Shown here: piece after piece, positions 28,633 to 42,161 of the stretch
Position numbering within the stretch: position 1 is the stretch's first letter
Layout: each line of letters starts with the position of its first letter
Assembly: GCA_965153355.1 (NCBI GenBank)
Contig: OZ231126.1
Coordinates: forward strand, 28,644,001 to 28,708,000
Direction of reading: 5' to 3'
DNA from: Flaccisagitta enflata
Lineage: Eukaryota
DNA length: 64,000 nucleotides
The notes under the pieces: model-generated
Told to the model about the DNA's origin: nothing
Seen by the model: only the letters and a program-made list of their open reading frames with translations
Databases searched by the model: none
Translations under genes and position numbers: made by a program

Positions 28633-28998
28633 CACACACACACACACACATACAGACAGAAAAAAAAGACATACATAAAAAAGAAGACATATATAGAAAA
28701 AAAGAAGTGAAAAAAAATATCATAGAAATAGGTATAAATATAGATGATTACAAAATGAAAATTATAAGAAAAAATCATAAGACTATCATTTTTTTTATAG
28801 GTTGATTTGAAAGCAAGAAATATATATTAAATTTTTTTCAAAAAATAATGTTAGTAAATAATATTTCATTATATCTCCTGTTACTATTAATAAAAGAGTT
28901 TTATTTTTTAATCATTCACATCTCTACCTGCTTTTATGATTTTTTTTTCTTTTATTGTTTTTTCTCCATATATCCTTTTTGTTCTCTCTTTCTTTCTT

Positions 28999-29029
<31 letters not shown>

Positions 29030-29369
29030 TTTTTCTTTTTCTCTCTTTCTCTTGCATAAAGGAAAATATTTTGCCTACTCTAGTCTGGTCCAGTCGCATA
29101 CTTTAGTTGTATACAGATCGGCAAGGGCAGTGATGGGGAAAATCCTTGTGGCATTTAGGTTGGAGCAGTGAGTTTGAAATGCTAAAAAAATACTAACCAA
29201 AAAAAATGGGAACCAACTGACAGATAAAGCAAAATAGCATTACCTAGAACTAAAAAAAATAACTTCGGTTTCTGACTTCGGTAAACTTCGGTTTCGGTTT
29301 CGGTCAGTTAGTCACTGTAAACTTCGGTTTCGGTTCGGCTTCGGTTTACCTACCTTCGGTCGACCTCTA
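27666..29369. mobile_element. hAT-like non-autonomous element (1.7 kb)
   Basis: 8-bp TSD ATTTCTTA (27658-27665 and 29370-29377); imperfect TIRs TACAGACCGACCGAA / TTCGGTCGACCTCTA; subterminal TTCGGT repeats. Confidence 0.8.
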
Positions 29370-30393
29370 ATTTCTTATGTTGGCAATAACAGAATTCCGC
29401 CTATAACAGATTAACCTTGTTGGTGCCTTGAAATCCGTTAGAGCGGGGTTCAACTTTACCTTAGCCTCTCCCGTTTCATCAACTCTTTGCCCTCCCTCCC
29501 CCACAATCTTACTTGCTGTTATTCCCACTTCTTCCCTTGCTCCATGCTACCATTTTACCTGCAGTTAATCTCGCCTTTTTCTCTCGCCTTCTTCTTCCTT
29601 GTTTAGCAGCCAATAGTAGGGCCTTCTACCCCTACCCCCAAAAAATATAAACTATCCCTCCCCCTCCCTTCTCTTTTCTTAGCTTCCTCAGCACACACTA
29701 CCGCCCTTCCTACCCCGCCACCCACCCGCCCCCTATATGAAACCTTCCCCTATCCCTTTTCTCCTCCTGGCTTCCACAGCACACAGTACCGCCCTTCCTC
29801 CTCCCCCACCCGCCCCCCATATGAACTCCCCCTTACTCTCCTGGCTTCCACAGCACACAGTACCGCCCCGGGCAACAATCAACAAATCTCTTCCATAAGA
29901 TCCAATTTACAACAACTTTTATTATTCCTTTTTTTTTTTATGCATATACACTTTTTTTTATTCTCCGCATATATCGAGGATTCTCGAATTATGTATATGT
30001 AAGGTTTTCAATTGTACATATACAATTTATGATCAGACCGAGAACTCGGATTTATTTCTCTTTTTCCTTTTTTTTTTTTTCTCTTTTTTGACTAAATTTT
30101 TTTTCTTTCTATTTTTATCCGCGTGAGATTACGAACAATTCCCGCCAAATGTAGTTTTAATGAAAAGAGCTCAAGGGTGTTTATCAATGAAAGCCGAATT
30201 CGTGTCTGAAAATCAGAGTCAATCTTTTCTGGCACTGGGAAGATGCCCAAACATTAGATATTAAAATGCTATTTAAACTTTTTTTTTATAAATGAAAAAC
30301 GTGATGATTGGGTTTGGTCTGATGGGCCGGAGGGTGCAAACAATTCAAATCTTTTTACAAAATGGAATCTTTGGCAGGGTGTGATTGTTTTGA

Positions 30394-30544
<151 letters not shown>

Positions 30545-30573
30545 TGTGTGTCTGTGTGTCTGTGTGTCTGTGT

Positions 30574-30646
<73 letters not shown>

Positions 30647-31754
30647 TGTGTGTGTGTCTGTGTGTCTTTGTGTTCTCCATATTCTTCTTCCTTGTTATGT
30701 CATTGTATCATGCCTTGTATGTAATCATTTCCGTATTCTTCTCTTTCATTACTCTTTTTTCTTCTTTTTTCAACAGTTTTAATTTCCTACTCCCTTGAGT
30801 AATCTTCTCCTAATCCTGAACATCTCCTAGTCACCCACTTGACTTTCACCTCTTTGAATGCAATTTCCCCTTTTCACCACTTTTTAGTCGCGTGCTACGC
30901 GACTTTACACCGGGCTTTGTCCGTCGGTTGGTCGGTCGGTCGGTTGGTTGGTCACATTTTACTTTTTTCTTATGATTTTTATTCTTTGACCCTGCTACTC
31001 CTTCCCAAATGGTCAGATAACCTCAAATATATCCCCTGCCCACCCGAACGCGACTGGGGTAGCCGTGTATCCGGCCTTGTTAATGATCAAATGTGCTCTC
31101 CTTCAGTTCTTTTCTTCTCCTTTTTGGGCAGCGGCCCCAAGGGGCCGATGTCCTGTAGGACACAGGGGGGAATTTCAAGACGTCCGTCCGTCCTTTCGTC
31201 CTTCCATCCCCCCCCTTGGCCATCGGAGCCTCAAGTCTAGTCTCAGGCCTGATTTTGGCCCTCTGAGCCCTCCAATTAGCCCTTTCAGACCACAATTTAG
31301 TCCTTGAGAGCTCAAATCAGCTCTCCAGACCTCATATTTGCCCTCAAGACCTCAAATCAACCCTCCAGACCTCAAATCCGCCCTCCAGGCCTCAAATCAA
31401 CTCTTCAGGCCTCAAATTCGTCCTCTAGGCCTCAAGCCTCAAATCTGCTCGTTTGGACTAGATTCTGCCATCCCGACATCAAATCCGCCTCAGGACGTCT
31501 CGAAATTCACCCCTTTGTCCTACAGGTGCGATCCTTGGATGACTAGTTGTCTTTTCCTAAATTTTCTTTCTTTTCTCCATTTCTGTTGTGTATACATTCT
31601 CAATTATCTGGTACCTATACACCCTCTTTTTCTTCTGTATCCTCCTTATCTTTCTCTCTTGCTCCTTCCTCATATTCTTCCAATTCTTCTTGTTTTTTCT
31701 TTTCCTTCGTTCCTTCTTTATTTTTTTTCTCCCTCTCATTCTCATTGGTTGCTA

Positions 31755-32151
31755 CAGTACGATGTGAGCAATGACGACCTAGACTGGAAGATAGATTTTA
31801 GGTATCCTAATTTTATTTGTATCATAAAATATTTGAGATCTAAGCTAATTAAAGGTTGCTTTGATCAGTGAAAATGTTTGCGTCTGTTTATCAAAGATAG
31901 CCGTAAAACCCGTAAAAATGGTCTAGTTGAGCTGATTTTTTTTTCACCTGATCTAGTCAAATAAGTTAGAACCTTGAAAAATGAAATCTTGGTGAGGTCA
32001 AGTCACAAGTTGAAGTTTAAGAGAGGCAAATGCATTTACTCAATTGAGCAACCTTTGATTAGCCTAAATCTCAAATATTTTATGTTACAAATGAAATAGA
32101 ATACCTAAAATCTATCATCCAGTCTAGGTCGTCATTGCTCCCATCGCACTG
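31755..32151. mobile_element. Tc1/mariner-type MITE (397 bp)
   Basis: TA|CAGTACGATGTGAGCAATGACGACCTAGACTGGA ... TCCAGTCTAGGTCGTCATTGCTCCCATCGCACTG|TA; long inverted arms. Confidence 0.85.
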
Positions 32152-32284
32152 TACACATTCTCTATCCTTTTTAATTCTCACCATCTAATTTTTCATTTCT
32201 CATTTCTTCTTTATTTCTTTTGCCCTCACCCCTCATCAATCAGTCCATCTATCAGACACGCGCTCACGCCTCCCCCTACTTTGT

Positions 32285-32387
<103 letters not shown>

Positions 32388-32426
32388 GACAGAGAGACAG
32401 GGACAGAGAGACAGAGACAGAGAGAG

Positions 32427-32514
<88 letters not shown>

Positions 32515-32967
32515 CAATGCGGTGGACATGACACGGATATCGCCAGAAGAAGTTAATCTAAGGGAGTCACAGCGTAATTGTCTGACAAATCAAGTTGATA
32601 CCAACTAGTAAGACTTAATGAAAAAAAGACTACTCGTTTGACGGGGGCAAAGACACAAGCAACGAGAGATTGTTTCAGTAAGACAAATTGAGCGAAAATA
32701 AACCAAATTTACATTCTTCTAATTTGCATTTTAGTTCCACCATCCAAGGAAATAAGACATCTATTTTTCGACTCAGAAAGAGAGAGAGAAAGAGAAAGAG
32801 AGAGAGGGGAGGGAGAGGTATGATATCACCATCCAGAGAAAGAGAGACAAGACGGAGGGGATAGACACTGTATAAACAAGTAATGGAACCTAAGGGCTAC
32901 GACAATTTTTTCGGGTTTAGATTTCCTTAATAGTTTGCGACAATGAATATGAAATGCACATCTTCAC

Positions 32968-34734
32968 CAGGCCTGAGCTATATAGCATTTTTGTCAACTA
33001 TACAATACCAATACAATACTTTCAAGTATTGGGACAATACAATACAATACCAATACAATACAATATCCATTAAAATTGTATACAATACATTATCATAGTA
33101 TACAATACAATACAATATTTATATGATTTTATATAGTTTTGATAATAAGTATCAATATATATTAAACCAATTATAGTTAGATGATATACTAATGATTTAA
33201 AATGAATGTAATAATCTTGATCATTATATAAATAATTTGTTATATAGGAAGAGCTGAAAAATTTTCATATTTTTTTTCATTTTGATAAAAGTTTTATTTC
33301 ATTTTTATGTTATTCTGTCTTTATCCTTAATATTTTTTTGTTTTTTTTTAACACTCATCTATTTGTTTCTTTTTTTGTTCAGATCTGATTCTCTTTTTTT
33401 TCATTTTCTTTTGTTTGTTTGTTTGTTTGTTTGTTTGTGTTTTTCATTGTCTTTCCCTGTCTCTTTCTCTCTCTCTCCTGTAGATTCTTCATTTTCTTCC
33501 TCTTCCTCCTCTTCTTCCTTCCAGCTACTAACCACTGATTGTTTCTTTCATAGATTCTTATTCTTCTTTTTCTTCTTTGTCTATATTTCTACTCCACCTA
33601 ATCTGTCATAAGTTATTCTTCCTTTTTGGGCAGCGGCCCCGAAGGGGGCGAAGTCCTGTAGAACACAGGGGGAATCTGTCCGTCCGTCCGTCCATCTGTA
33701 CGTCCGTCCGTCCCCCCCCCCCCGCTCCACCCTCGGCTTTGTCTCCTTTGGGGCCCAAATCCAAACTGTATAGCCCAAATCCGAGCAACATGGTCCAAAT
33801 CCGCCCGAAATTGGCCGAATCCAGGCAAAATGGCCTAAGACCAGGTAAAATGGGTCTTTTCTGGCTAGAAAACCTGAATTCTGGCCTGAGTTCTATCATC
33901 TTGGCCCCTTAAACTTAGATTCAAAAACCCACATCCAAGCCTTAAAGACCCAGATCCTGACCTTTGGGACCCAGATTCTGACCTCCAAGACCTAGGTGCT
34001 GGCCTAAAAGACCTAATTCCTAGCCTAAGAGGACCAAATCCTAACCTCAGAAACCAAAATCCTTGCCTCTGAGACCAAGAAATTGGTCTCTGAGACCCAG
34101 ATTCTGGCCTCAGAGACCCAGATCCTGGCCTGCTCCTGCCTCAACTTAACCTACAAACTATACAAAAATGGCAAGGGTACCATTGTGCATATTCTGCCTT
34201 TTGTCAGTTCTCCTTGATATTCAATGAAAATTTGAATAACAGGGTATCCTAGACAGAAGGAAGGCAAACAGGACGGACGGACGGACAAACAGATGGACGG
34301 ACGAACAGATTCCCCCTGTGTTCTACAGGACTTCGTCCCCTTCGGGGCCGCTGCCCTGCTCCCTCTCAACCTTCATCACTTCCTACTCAAGCACGGGCAC
34401 GGGTACCGCTGACCACTTACTGCCTTTGGGCTGCTATTCTCTTTTCATCCCTCACCCACTTTTACTTTCCGCAAATCCTCTTCTCCTTTTATCTCTCACC
34501 TTCTCTACCTCTTTTATTCTCCCTCAGACCTAGGAATGCTTTTCCTCTTCCTATTCATCTCCTTCAGTCTTTCTCTCATATATTTCATTTTTCTCAGATC
34601 AGCTTTTTCGTAATATTGTATAGTATTGTATTGTATTGAAAAAATAATAAAATAAACTTCATGTATTGGGAAAACCCAATACGCAAGAATATTGTAAACC
34701 CAATACCAATACCCAATACAATCGCTCAGGCCTG
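32968..34734. mobile_element. hAT-like non-autonomous element (1.77 kb)
   Basis: 8-bp TSD ATCTTCAC; TIR CAGGCCTGAGC / GCTCAGGCCTG; subterminal (CAATA)n repeats at both ends. Confidence 0.85.
33628..34435 (+). mobile_element. HINE-like element, GGGCAGCGGCCCC family copy nested in a hAT element
   Basis: Same termini and subterminal inverted repeats as the other copies; (GTCC)n tract and 21-bp repeats. Confidence 0.65.
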
Positions 34735-35183
34735 ATCTTCACTACACATACACTTTTTTTTATAAGAACCTAGTTTATAAGAACATCAAGGCTTCGAATA
34801 GCCCCAAAATCAAGAACATCTTAAGAACATACAAAGGCTTCAAATCTTGAGAAAAAAATTTTGCTATAGATTATATATAAAGAACATTAAAAAACCACTT
34901 GAATTTTAGTATAATTAAGATAATATCTTATAATCTTTATGGTAAATACTATGATAATATCCCCAGACTTTTAAGTTTAGCATTTGTTTCAACAGTATTT
35001 GAAAAAATATATTTAGTATGATTGAGTAATAATCGGGAAAAAAGTCGAAGTCAGTCTTCGACTTTTTGACATACAGTGGAACCCCGCTTCCTTGACAACG
35101 CCGTTAACGGCAACCCGCCATTAGTGTACAACAAGCTGAGGTCCCAAATTTTTCTGGCCTTTTGTAATGCTAAATTGCCCCTA

Positions 35184-35275
35184 CACTCAAAAAAATTTCC
35201 AAAAATACAATAAATAAATATCGTCTGTTGTATTTGAACGGACGTTATTGTATTTTAGATAATACAACGAATTGT
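35184..35275 (+). repeat. Left TIR of the giant element, followed by a TACAA/TTGTA-rich subterminal region to ~35560
   Basis: Reverse complement of 60003-60094 apart from a short mismatched block after the poly-A. Repeated AATTGTA(C/T)AG and AATACAATAATTGTA motifs follow. Confidence 0.9.
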
Positions 35276-36116
35276 AAACCGAATTGTACAGCAGTTGTAC
35301 AGCAAATACACGAGATGTATGACGATTGTATAGCAATTGTATAGGAAAAAACAAAAATTGTATACAAAAACGACGATATTCAATTATTGTATAAAAAAAG
35401 GCGACGATATTTAATTATTGTATTCCATAATTTATACAATAATTGAATAAAAAAGGAGCAGGCAGCGAGCAGGAAAAAAAAAATACAAAAATTGTATTTC
35501 AGCGCCAGAACCCATAGTAAATACAATAATTGTACATTTCAATACAAAAATTGTATAGCTGAAAAGCCAGTGAAAAAAAACCAGCAAAGAAACTACCCTG
35601 ACCGCAGGGTAGTTTCCTTGCTGGCTATAGCAGTTCACTAATACAAGGCCGGATACACGGCAATCCAGTCGCGGACGGTTCGGCCGGAGCAGTACTGCAA
35701 AATTCGGGCGGAATTTATCAATGTGACGGACAGACGCATGGACGGACCGACCGACCGACCGACCGACCGACCGACCGACACGGCAAGGAGTAGAGTCGCG
35801 TGTACGTGACTAATCTTGCCAAGACCATTAAACTGGATCTGACAGTTACTATAATCATTTTAAATGAACGCCCATTGTTCTGACTGAGCTAACAAAATTA
35901 TCACAGGTACTAGCAAAATCAGACACGAACAAATTTGTTGCTTACACAAATCAACAAAACGTGGGAAATAAATGGTTGTAGTTTTTGTTGTTTTGGTTTT
36001 TAATAATAACAAAACAAAAATATCACACTGGAAACAGAAATAAAGAAAACGAATGTAACGATCCCAATATTACAATGCCATAACGTGTGGCATAACAGTC
36101 CATCATACAGTCACTA

Positions 36117-36673
36117 CGCTGTGTTTCACATCAAATTACACAAAAGAAAACGTTGCCATTCGACTATAAATTGTCATAAATCAATTCTGAAAAGAAAATT
36201 TTGCAGAAAAATAGTTCCAATTTTTTATAGAAAAATTTTGTAGGGCTGGGCGGAAAATTTTGATTGCTAAGCCAATTTGAATTATAGTCAATTTTTAGTC
36301 CAATAATAAATAAATATTTAAATTGATTATTTCTAAACAATTTTATTTTTGTTTTTGTACTTCTTTTTTTTATTTGATAGTTTAGGTCATATAATTTGAC
36401 AAAAACGAATTAACAGAATTTTAGTAGCACTGATTCAAAGTTTCTCTGTAAACATCAAATAATGAGCATTTTTAACAAAACTTATTGTCTCCAAAATCTA
36501 AAGATTAATATGAATTGATCTAGAGAACAGAATTCTCAACTCAGCTCTATGAAATTTGGCGTCAAAAAATTGGAACAATTTTTCTGCATGAAACTTTTTT
36601 CAGAATTGATCTAACCTGTTTCAAAGTAAAATGGCAACGTTTTCTTTGGTGTAATTTGATGTGAAACACACTG
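36117..36673. mobile_element. Tc1/mariner-type MITE (557 bp) downstream of gene D
   Basis: TA-flanked; GTGTTTCACATCAAATTACAC..AAACGTTGCCATT is inverted at both ends. Confidence 0.8.
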
Positions 36674-36823
36674 TATGACTGGACGACTAACGCCAAGAAA
36701 ACAGAAATACAGTAAACAAACAAAACGATGTGAATATTACAATGTCATAACAATTTGTTGCATAACGGTGCATCATACGCTTTGCTTAACCATGACTGCC
36801 CGACTACTGACAACGAAACAAGT

Positions 36824-38126
36824 TCAATTTGCTGAGGCTGATGGTGGCGCCGGCGCCGGCGGAGACGGCGGAGGTGGCGGCGGCGACGATGGCGACGATG
36901 GTGGCGTCGTCGGTGAAGGCGCCACTTTGTCCTTGGCTTCCAGCGGAACCACGTAGTGTTCGGAATGTTTTTCTCTGTAGAACCAATCACATGAAAACTT
37001 CTTTACATTTCCGCTACTCAAAATATTAATCTCAAACAACTAAATTTTTACATACAGTAGTCCATTCCATCACCCACCCCCACACGCCTCCCCCACCAAC
37101 AACAAACACAAACATGACTTACATCCAGCATGAGCGGCAACCCTCCTTGGAACAGTCAACACAAAAGATCTCGATCTCTGCATAGTCATGGACGACGCAG
37201 GCCGGTTTGGCGTTCTTCAGCGTCTTAGCAATGATGTTCATCGTTGGAGAACGCACAAAACCCTCCAAGGGAAGCTCCAACCTGCCCATGAAAATAGCAT
37301 ATGTTATAAGTACAGTTGCGAGCATAACAAATATGAACCAACCAACCAACATACATACATACATACATACATACCTACTAAGGGACAGACCCTCTTATAG
37401 ACATGCGAGGACGCATCTAAAAAGAGACATATGTTGCTTTCAAGTTTTTTTTTTCGGCTAGTCTCAGTAGATAAAAACCTCATTTGCATATTGCCGTTTT
37501 TTTGATTAAGTTCGCCCAAACCTGCCTAATAAATAAGAAAAAAAGAGTTTCTCACCCAAATAAATATCGCCATTCTCATGACTACAGAAAAACCATATTA
37601 ACATTGTGAATAAAAAAGTATGAACAAATAAATTAGAAAACCATTCAATTTTAAGGCACGCTTTTGTTTTGTTGGAGGGGATGAACATACACAAAAAAAT
37701 CAAGTGAAATTTGGAATAACAAAACGTCGTCGTCCTCTTCTTCTTGGCAGAGGATGCTAACTGGCAGCTTTGAGCCTTTGACCACCATGTTGGTGTTGGC
37801 CCCCAGGAAGTTAAACCATATGACATTCCGGTTCATTTTCATAAGTGCAGTAGCAATCATAACAAATATCATCCCATTGGGAACAAAATACAACAGTTAA
37901 AGAATAGTTACAACATATGTACAAAGCATCGCTGTAACAGACATTACCTGCAGTGTGGGCAGGACGCGACGTCGTAGACTTCGAAAGCGGTGCCGATGCA
38001 GCCGTAGCAAAAGGGTTTGTGGCATTTCCGGCAAATGTGTGCGTCGGTTGGCAGAGCCAAACATATGAGGCACCGTACATCCAGGATGAGATTGTCTAGC
38101 ATTTCTCGAGGCATCATCAAAGACAT
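36824..38126 (-). CDS. Element gene D: 162-aa RING + B-box (TRIM-like) putative E3 ubiquitin ligase with Pro-rich tail
   Basis: Exons 38126-37948, 37281-37123 and 36974-36824 (phase-2 junctions, 489 nt). RING CLIC..CRKCHKPFCYGC..CPHCR has spacing like the TRIM37 N-terminus. B-box CVVH..FCVDC..GCRSCW|IEKHSEH is split across exons 2 and 3. Confidence 0.85.
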
Positions 38127-38485
38127 ATTTGGAATTTAGTTGTGCCTGTCTGTCAAAAAACAAATGAGTGGAATCTATCACAGCTTGAAGCTTTGATCGG
38201 ACTAAAAATCAGAAATGTATCACAAATGCAGTTTATTTTGATGACAATTTTCGCGATTACGGGAAATTTTCTGTTTTTAGCTTTCGCCCCGCCAAATGAA
38301 AATGACAAATGGGTACGAACGTAAAAGTACTATCGCCGTATACTACTATCTATATTACCACTAAACATCTGGAAGGAATAACCGAAAACGCTGGAGGACA
38401 AAAAACGCCAAAAACGAAAACAAAAAAATCGCTGGAACGCCACAGAAACCACGCCACAAGGTAACAACGCCACAACGGAAGAAAA

Positions 38486-39113
38486 TCAATCGGAATCGAC
38501 AGTGCCTATATCTGGCGATGGAGTAGAGGAGGATCGATCGCCCGTGACTAACGCTCGAGAGTACCTAATCCTGGTCCTCATTCTTTTTGAACCGACGCTC
38601 CAAAAGTCGGAAATCTCAGAGTCGGAGGAGTCCCCCGTCATTTCACCATCAGTGCTTGTCACCAATGTCGGGGAGGATGAGGATGCAGCTAAAAAAAGAG
38701 TTTTTGCAAAGTCACCCACTTTTGCCAGAGACTTTTTTGGCTACAAAATAATTGACAGTGCCATACTGTGCAAACTATATCTGCTTACATGTTCATACAC
38801 CTTGCAACAATATGGATATGTCATTTCTATTAAAGCTACAAAAGTCTCGGGCAAAAAATGGGTAGAATGACTAATGATTAATAATATGGTTTGGCTAAAG
38901 GATAAAAAGAATTTAAAATCTTGACCACTTCTTACCTACGACATTTAGTATGTCTGACAAGGTTTGTCGAACAATTTCCTCGATGTTCTCCTTTTCCTTT
39001 AATTTCTTTTTCTTACGTCTGATGGCAAAGAAAAGCCGCTCGCACGAGCGTTTTGTCTCATGTATGGAAGGGGAGGTCGACTCTGAAGACTCTGAGGCCG
39101 ACTCTGAAGACAT
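38486..39113 (-). CDS. Element gene C: ~142-aa Ser-rich protein with basic NLS-like RRKKKK, function unknown
   Basis: Exons 39113-38940 (donor GTAGGT) and 38740-38486 (acceptor ttttgTAG) join in phase 0. An acceptor-like tttcTAG lies 18 nt upstream of the ATG. No recognisable domain. Confidence 0.45.
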
Positions 39114-39339
39114 CTTATTTACAGGGGGAAACTAGAAACTAGCTAAACATGTTAAATAAGTTGAGAAAAAACATGAAATAGAACCATGAGAAATAAGTTT
39201 AGCATTTTGATGAATTGGATGCGAGCGCAGTAAGGCTGTCATGAGTGATGAGCTGCGGGAATTTTGGGGCAGTTTTGCACTTGATGCTCGGCCATGAGAC
39301 GCTTACTCATCAACATACTGCAGCTCAGCATTCATCACC

Positions 39340-42100
39340 CTAGTCGTCGTCAGTGGTTCGTACGTAAGCCACTGACAGGCCGCCTTTCTCGTCTTCTTCG
39401 TCAATAGCTTGGAGCCGATGGTAGTAACTTTCGGACCGCGGGTCGAGTAACCCCTTTTCTCTGCGGAACTCCATCGCCTCCCTAATGATTCTTTGACGTG
39501 ATTGTCGCATCAAGGCTTCCGTTTGGGACCGATGATGTTTGTTGACTGTCCTCAGTTTGTTGATGTATTCCAGGCGATGCTGGCGACGGCTTATGCGTAA
39601 TTCTGGACTGATTTGGAACGCGTAGCTGCAATACATGGACAAGTGTAATATTAGTCAAACTGTGTTAACAGTATAATATGAGCATTATGATGTAAATAGT
39701 AAAATCTCCATACCATTATATCTACCTAATGAGAAGCAACATAATCATATATTATCATATCGCATAATCATCAAAACAGTAACAAGAACAATAACAATCA
39801 ACACTACAATATTCACACTTACATTTCCCAAAAATTCCAGTACGCATCCAGCGTGACGCGGTAGCGGTCTTCATCTGTAAGGTCAATATGGTACATCCGT
39901 AGAAAGGACATGGCGTACGTGTAGAGGTTTCCTCTCACATACACGTCTCGCGTCCCAGTCGCATCGTCTGTTGGGGTTATCCTCCAGCGGATTTTCTTGT
40001 CGAAAGACACGCCGAGATCCTTAGAGCGAGTATGCGGATCCTTCCTCAACAACACCACCTTTGGATGCGTGGACAGTGTCGTTTCGTCATCGAGGACGTC
40101 GAACATGATCTGAAAGACGACAGAGCTGACTCAATACATCATTTGTTGTAAGTTAAAAACAATGATGAGAGTTTTTTAACGGGATAAAAATGAGATTATG
40201 CATCTATATGAACACTACACATTTATACATTTATTGTTTTATTCGTATACATTTTTTTTTTAAAACTTCATTACAATTTTTGTTTAATCTCAACGGCAAT
40301 TCTCACATGTATGAACACAACAAAGACATGTCAAATACCTGCACGGGGGGCACTGACAACATCTTCCGCAACCACGTTTCAACGTAATGACCGTGGTAAG
40401 GGTGCGGTCTTCCATTAGGGTCGTATTCGACCTTCGGGAAATCGTCCATTGCTTTTGGAAAGAGAAAGTGCTGCAATTCCGACATGCCCGACGCCGCTAT
40501 GTCGTAAACGTCGTTGGGCGTTTCTCCTTTGATCTGAATGATGCTGTGGTACTTGAAGATGTAGTTGATGAGTTCGTTCGTAAAGTCCACTTCGAACAAA
40601 AATGGCAAATATCCACGAGGATCCTAGTGGTGGGAAAGGGAGGTCAGAAATCCAAATAATTATCCAAATGACATCATCAAAATGACACTATCAAAATGAC
40701 ACTATCAAAATGACTCTGTTATATGTACATCCCAGTGTTAATCCTTACCACTACTGGGTTTTGGCCTAAGACGTTGACTGCACTGCTGAATAAAAGCATG
40801 AATGAACTTCTTTGGGCCCGATACTCCTTGGTGACGGGGCCCTCGTCCTTTGGCGCTTTTGGTCGCTTCTCCATCAATTTCATCAGGAGTTCCTTTTCTT
40901 TCGCAAAGGTTGTGTGCCACATCGTCACCTCGCCGGGAAACGCCAGGTCCAGACTCATTTTGATGAACTGAGGGCGTTATTACAACATATGAATTGTGTC
41001 AGTCAGTAATAAGTAAATTGTTTCAAGTTAACATGCAAAATGGACAAAACCAGCGCAACTTACCACTAGTGTGGACTCACAAGTCAACCACTGATAGGCC
41101 GCCACGAAGCGTGCATGACCGGGTGGTCTGTAGACGTAATTGTAGAAATTAGTCGGGCGATCCTTCGGCGCGTCTTCAATTCTCTTCCAGACTTCATTGA
41201 TTTGGTTTTCTGGGGGTTCCTCGCGGCCCTCCTTTTCAGCACTGTTCCTGACAGCCTTGGAGAAGCTTTGCTTCACGATCGCAAGGGGTTTGGCCGTTGG
41301 GACGGGCGTATCGATAGGGGCGTATTGCCTTTCCCGCGGTGCCGATGATTCATTTGGAGTCTCCATTGGCGTTATATCGCCAAGCACAACGCTGTAAAAA
41401 TAAAGAAATTTTCTTGGTTGGTTATACAATATGAAGAAAATGCCTTGTCGTTTTAGTACACAATCAAATGTCACAACTCACCGAGGAGCCACATCTTCCA
41501 TCGGATCCGTTGAGCATGACTGTGGATCCATTGCACCGGAATCCATTCCTGTAGTCGACGCCACTGAGGTTAAATTGCCAGGCCGGGCGGTGGAACTGCA
41601 AATGTGCAAAATACGAAGCAGTGAAATAAATGCAAAACATTTCTCTATAATATGTTTCACTGGACACAACAATTTTGCAATTTGTCCCAAAATACCTTGG
41701 AAGACGAACGGCACGTTTCCTACGGGACCGCGAGCCATCCACTAGGTTGCCTAACCGATCATTTTCGGCATCGTCAGGCGGGCTGGGTTCGTCAACGGTT
41801 TCGCCACCACGAGCGGCGTTGAAAATTGATCCCGTGGTACTCGCGACGCGACGCCCCGATCGCGGAATGGGTGGCGCACATCTGAATCAAGAATGTTATT
41901 GTTGTTGTGGTTGTTTTGGTTGTTGTTTTTCTTGTTGTTGATTTTCTTTTTCTTGTTCTTGTTTTTCTTGTTCTTCTTCTTCTTCTTCTTCTTCTTCTTG
42001 TTCTTCTTCTTCTTCTTCTTGTCTCTGTTGTTGGTGTTGGTGTTGTTGTTGTTGTTGTTGTTATTGTTGTTATTGTTGCATTGTTATTGTTATTGTTGTT

Positions 42101-42161
<61 letters not shown>

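Larger units (their letters stand above)
26593..29456. mobile_element. Short TA-flanked pogo/Tc1-like MITE expanded by two nested insertions
   Basis: TA|GAGTGGAACCCCGCTCTAACGGA ... TCCGTTAGAGCGGGGTTCAACTT|TA. The internal motif GAATT(T/C)CGCCTATAACA occurs in both halves. Confidence 0.7.

Noticed and set aside
37720-37815. GC-richer stretch in intron 1 of gene D as an extra exon
   Set aside because: No suitable AG acceptor, and the RING-B-box frame is complete without it.
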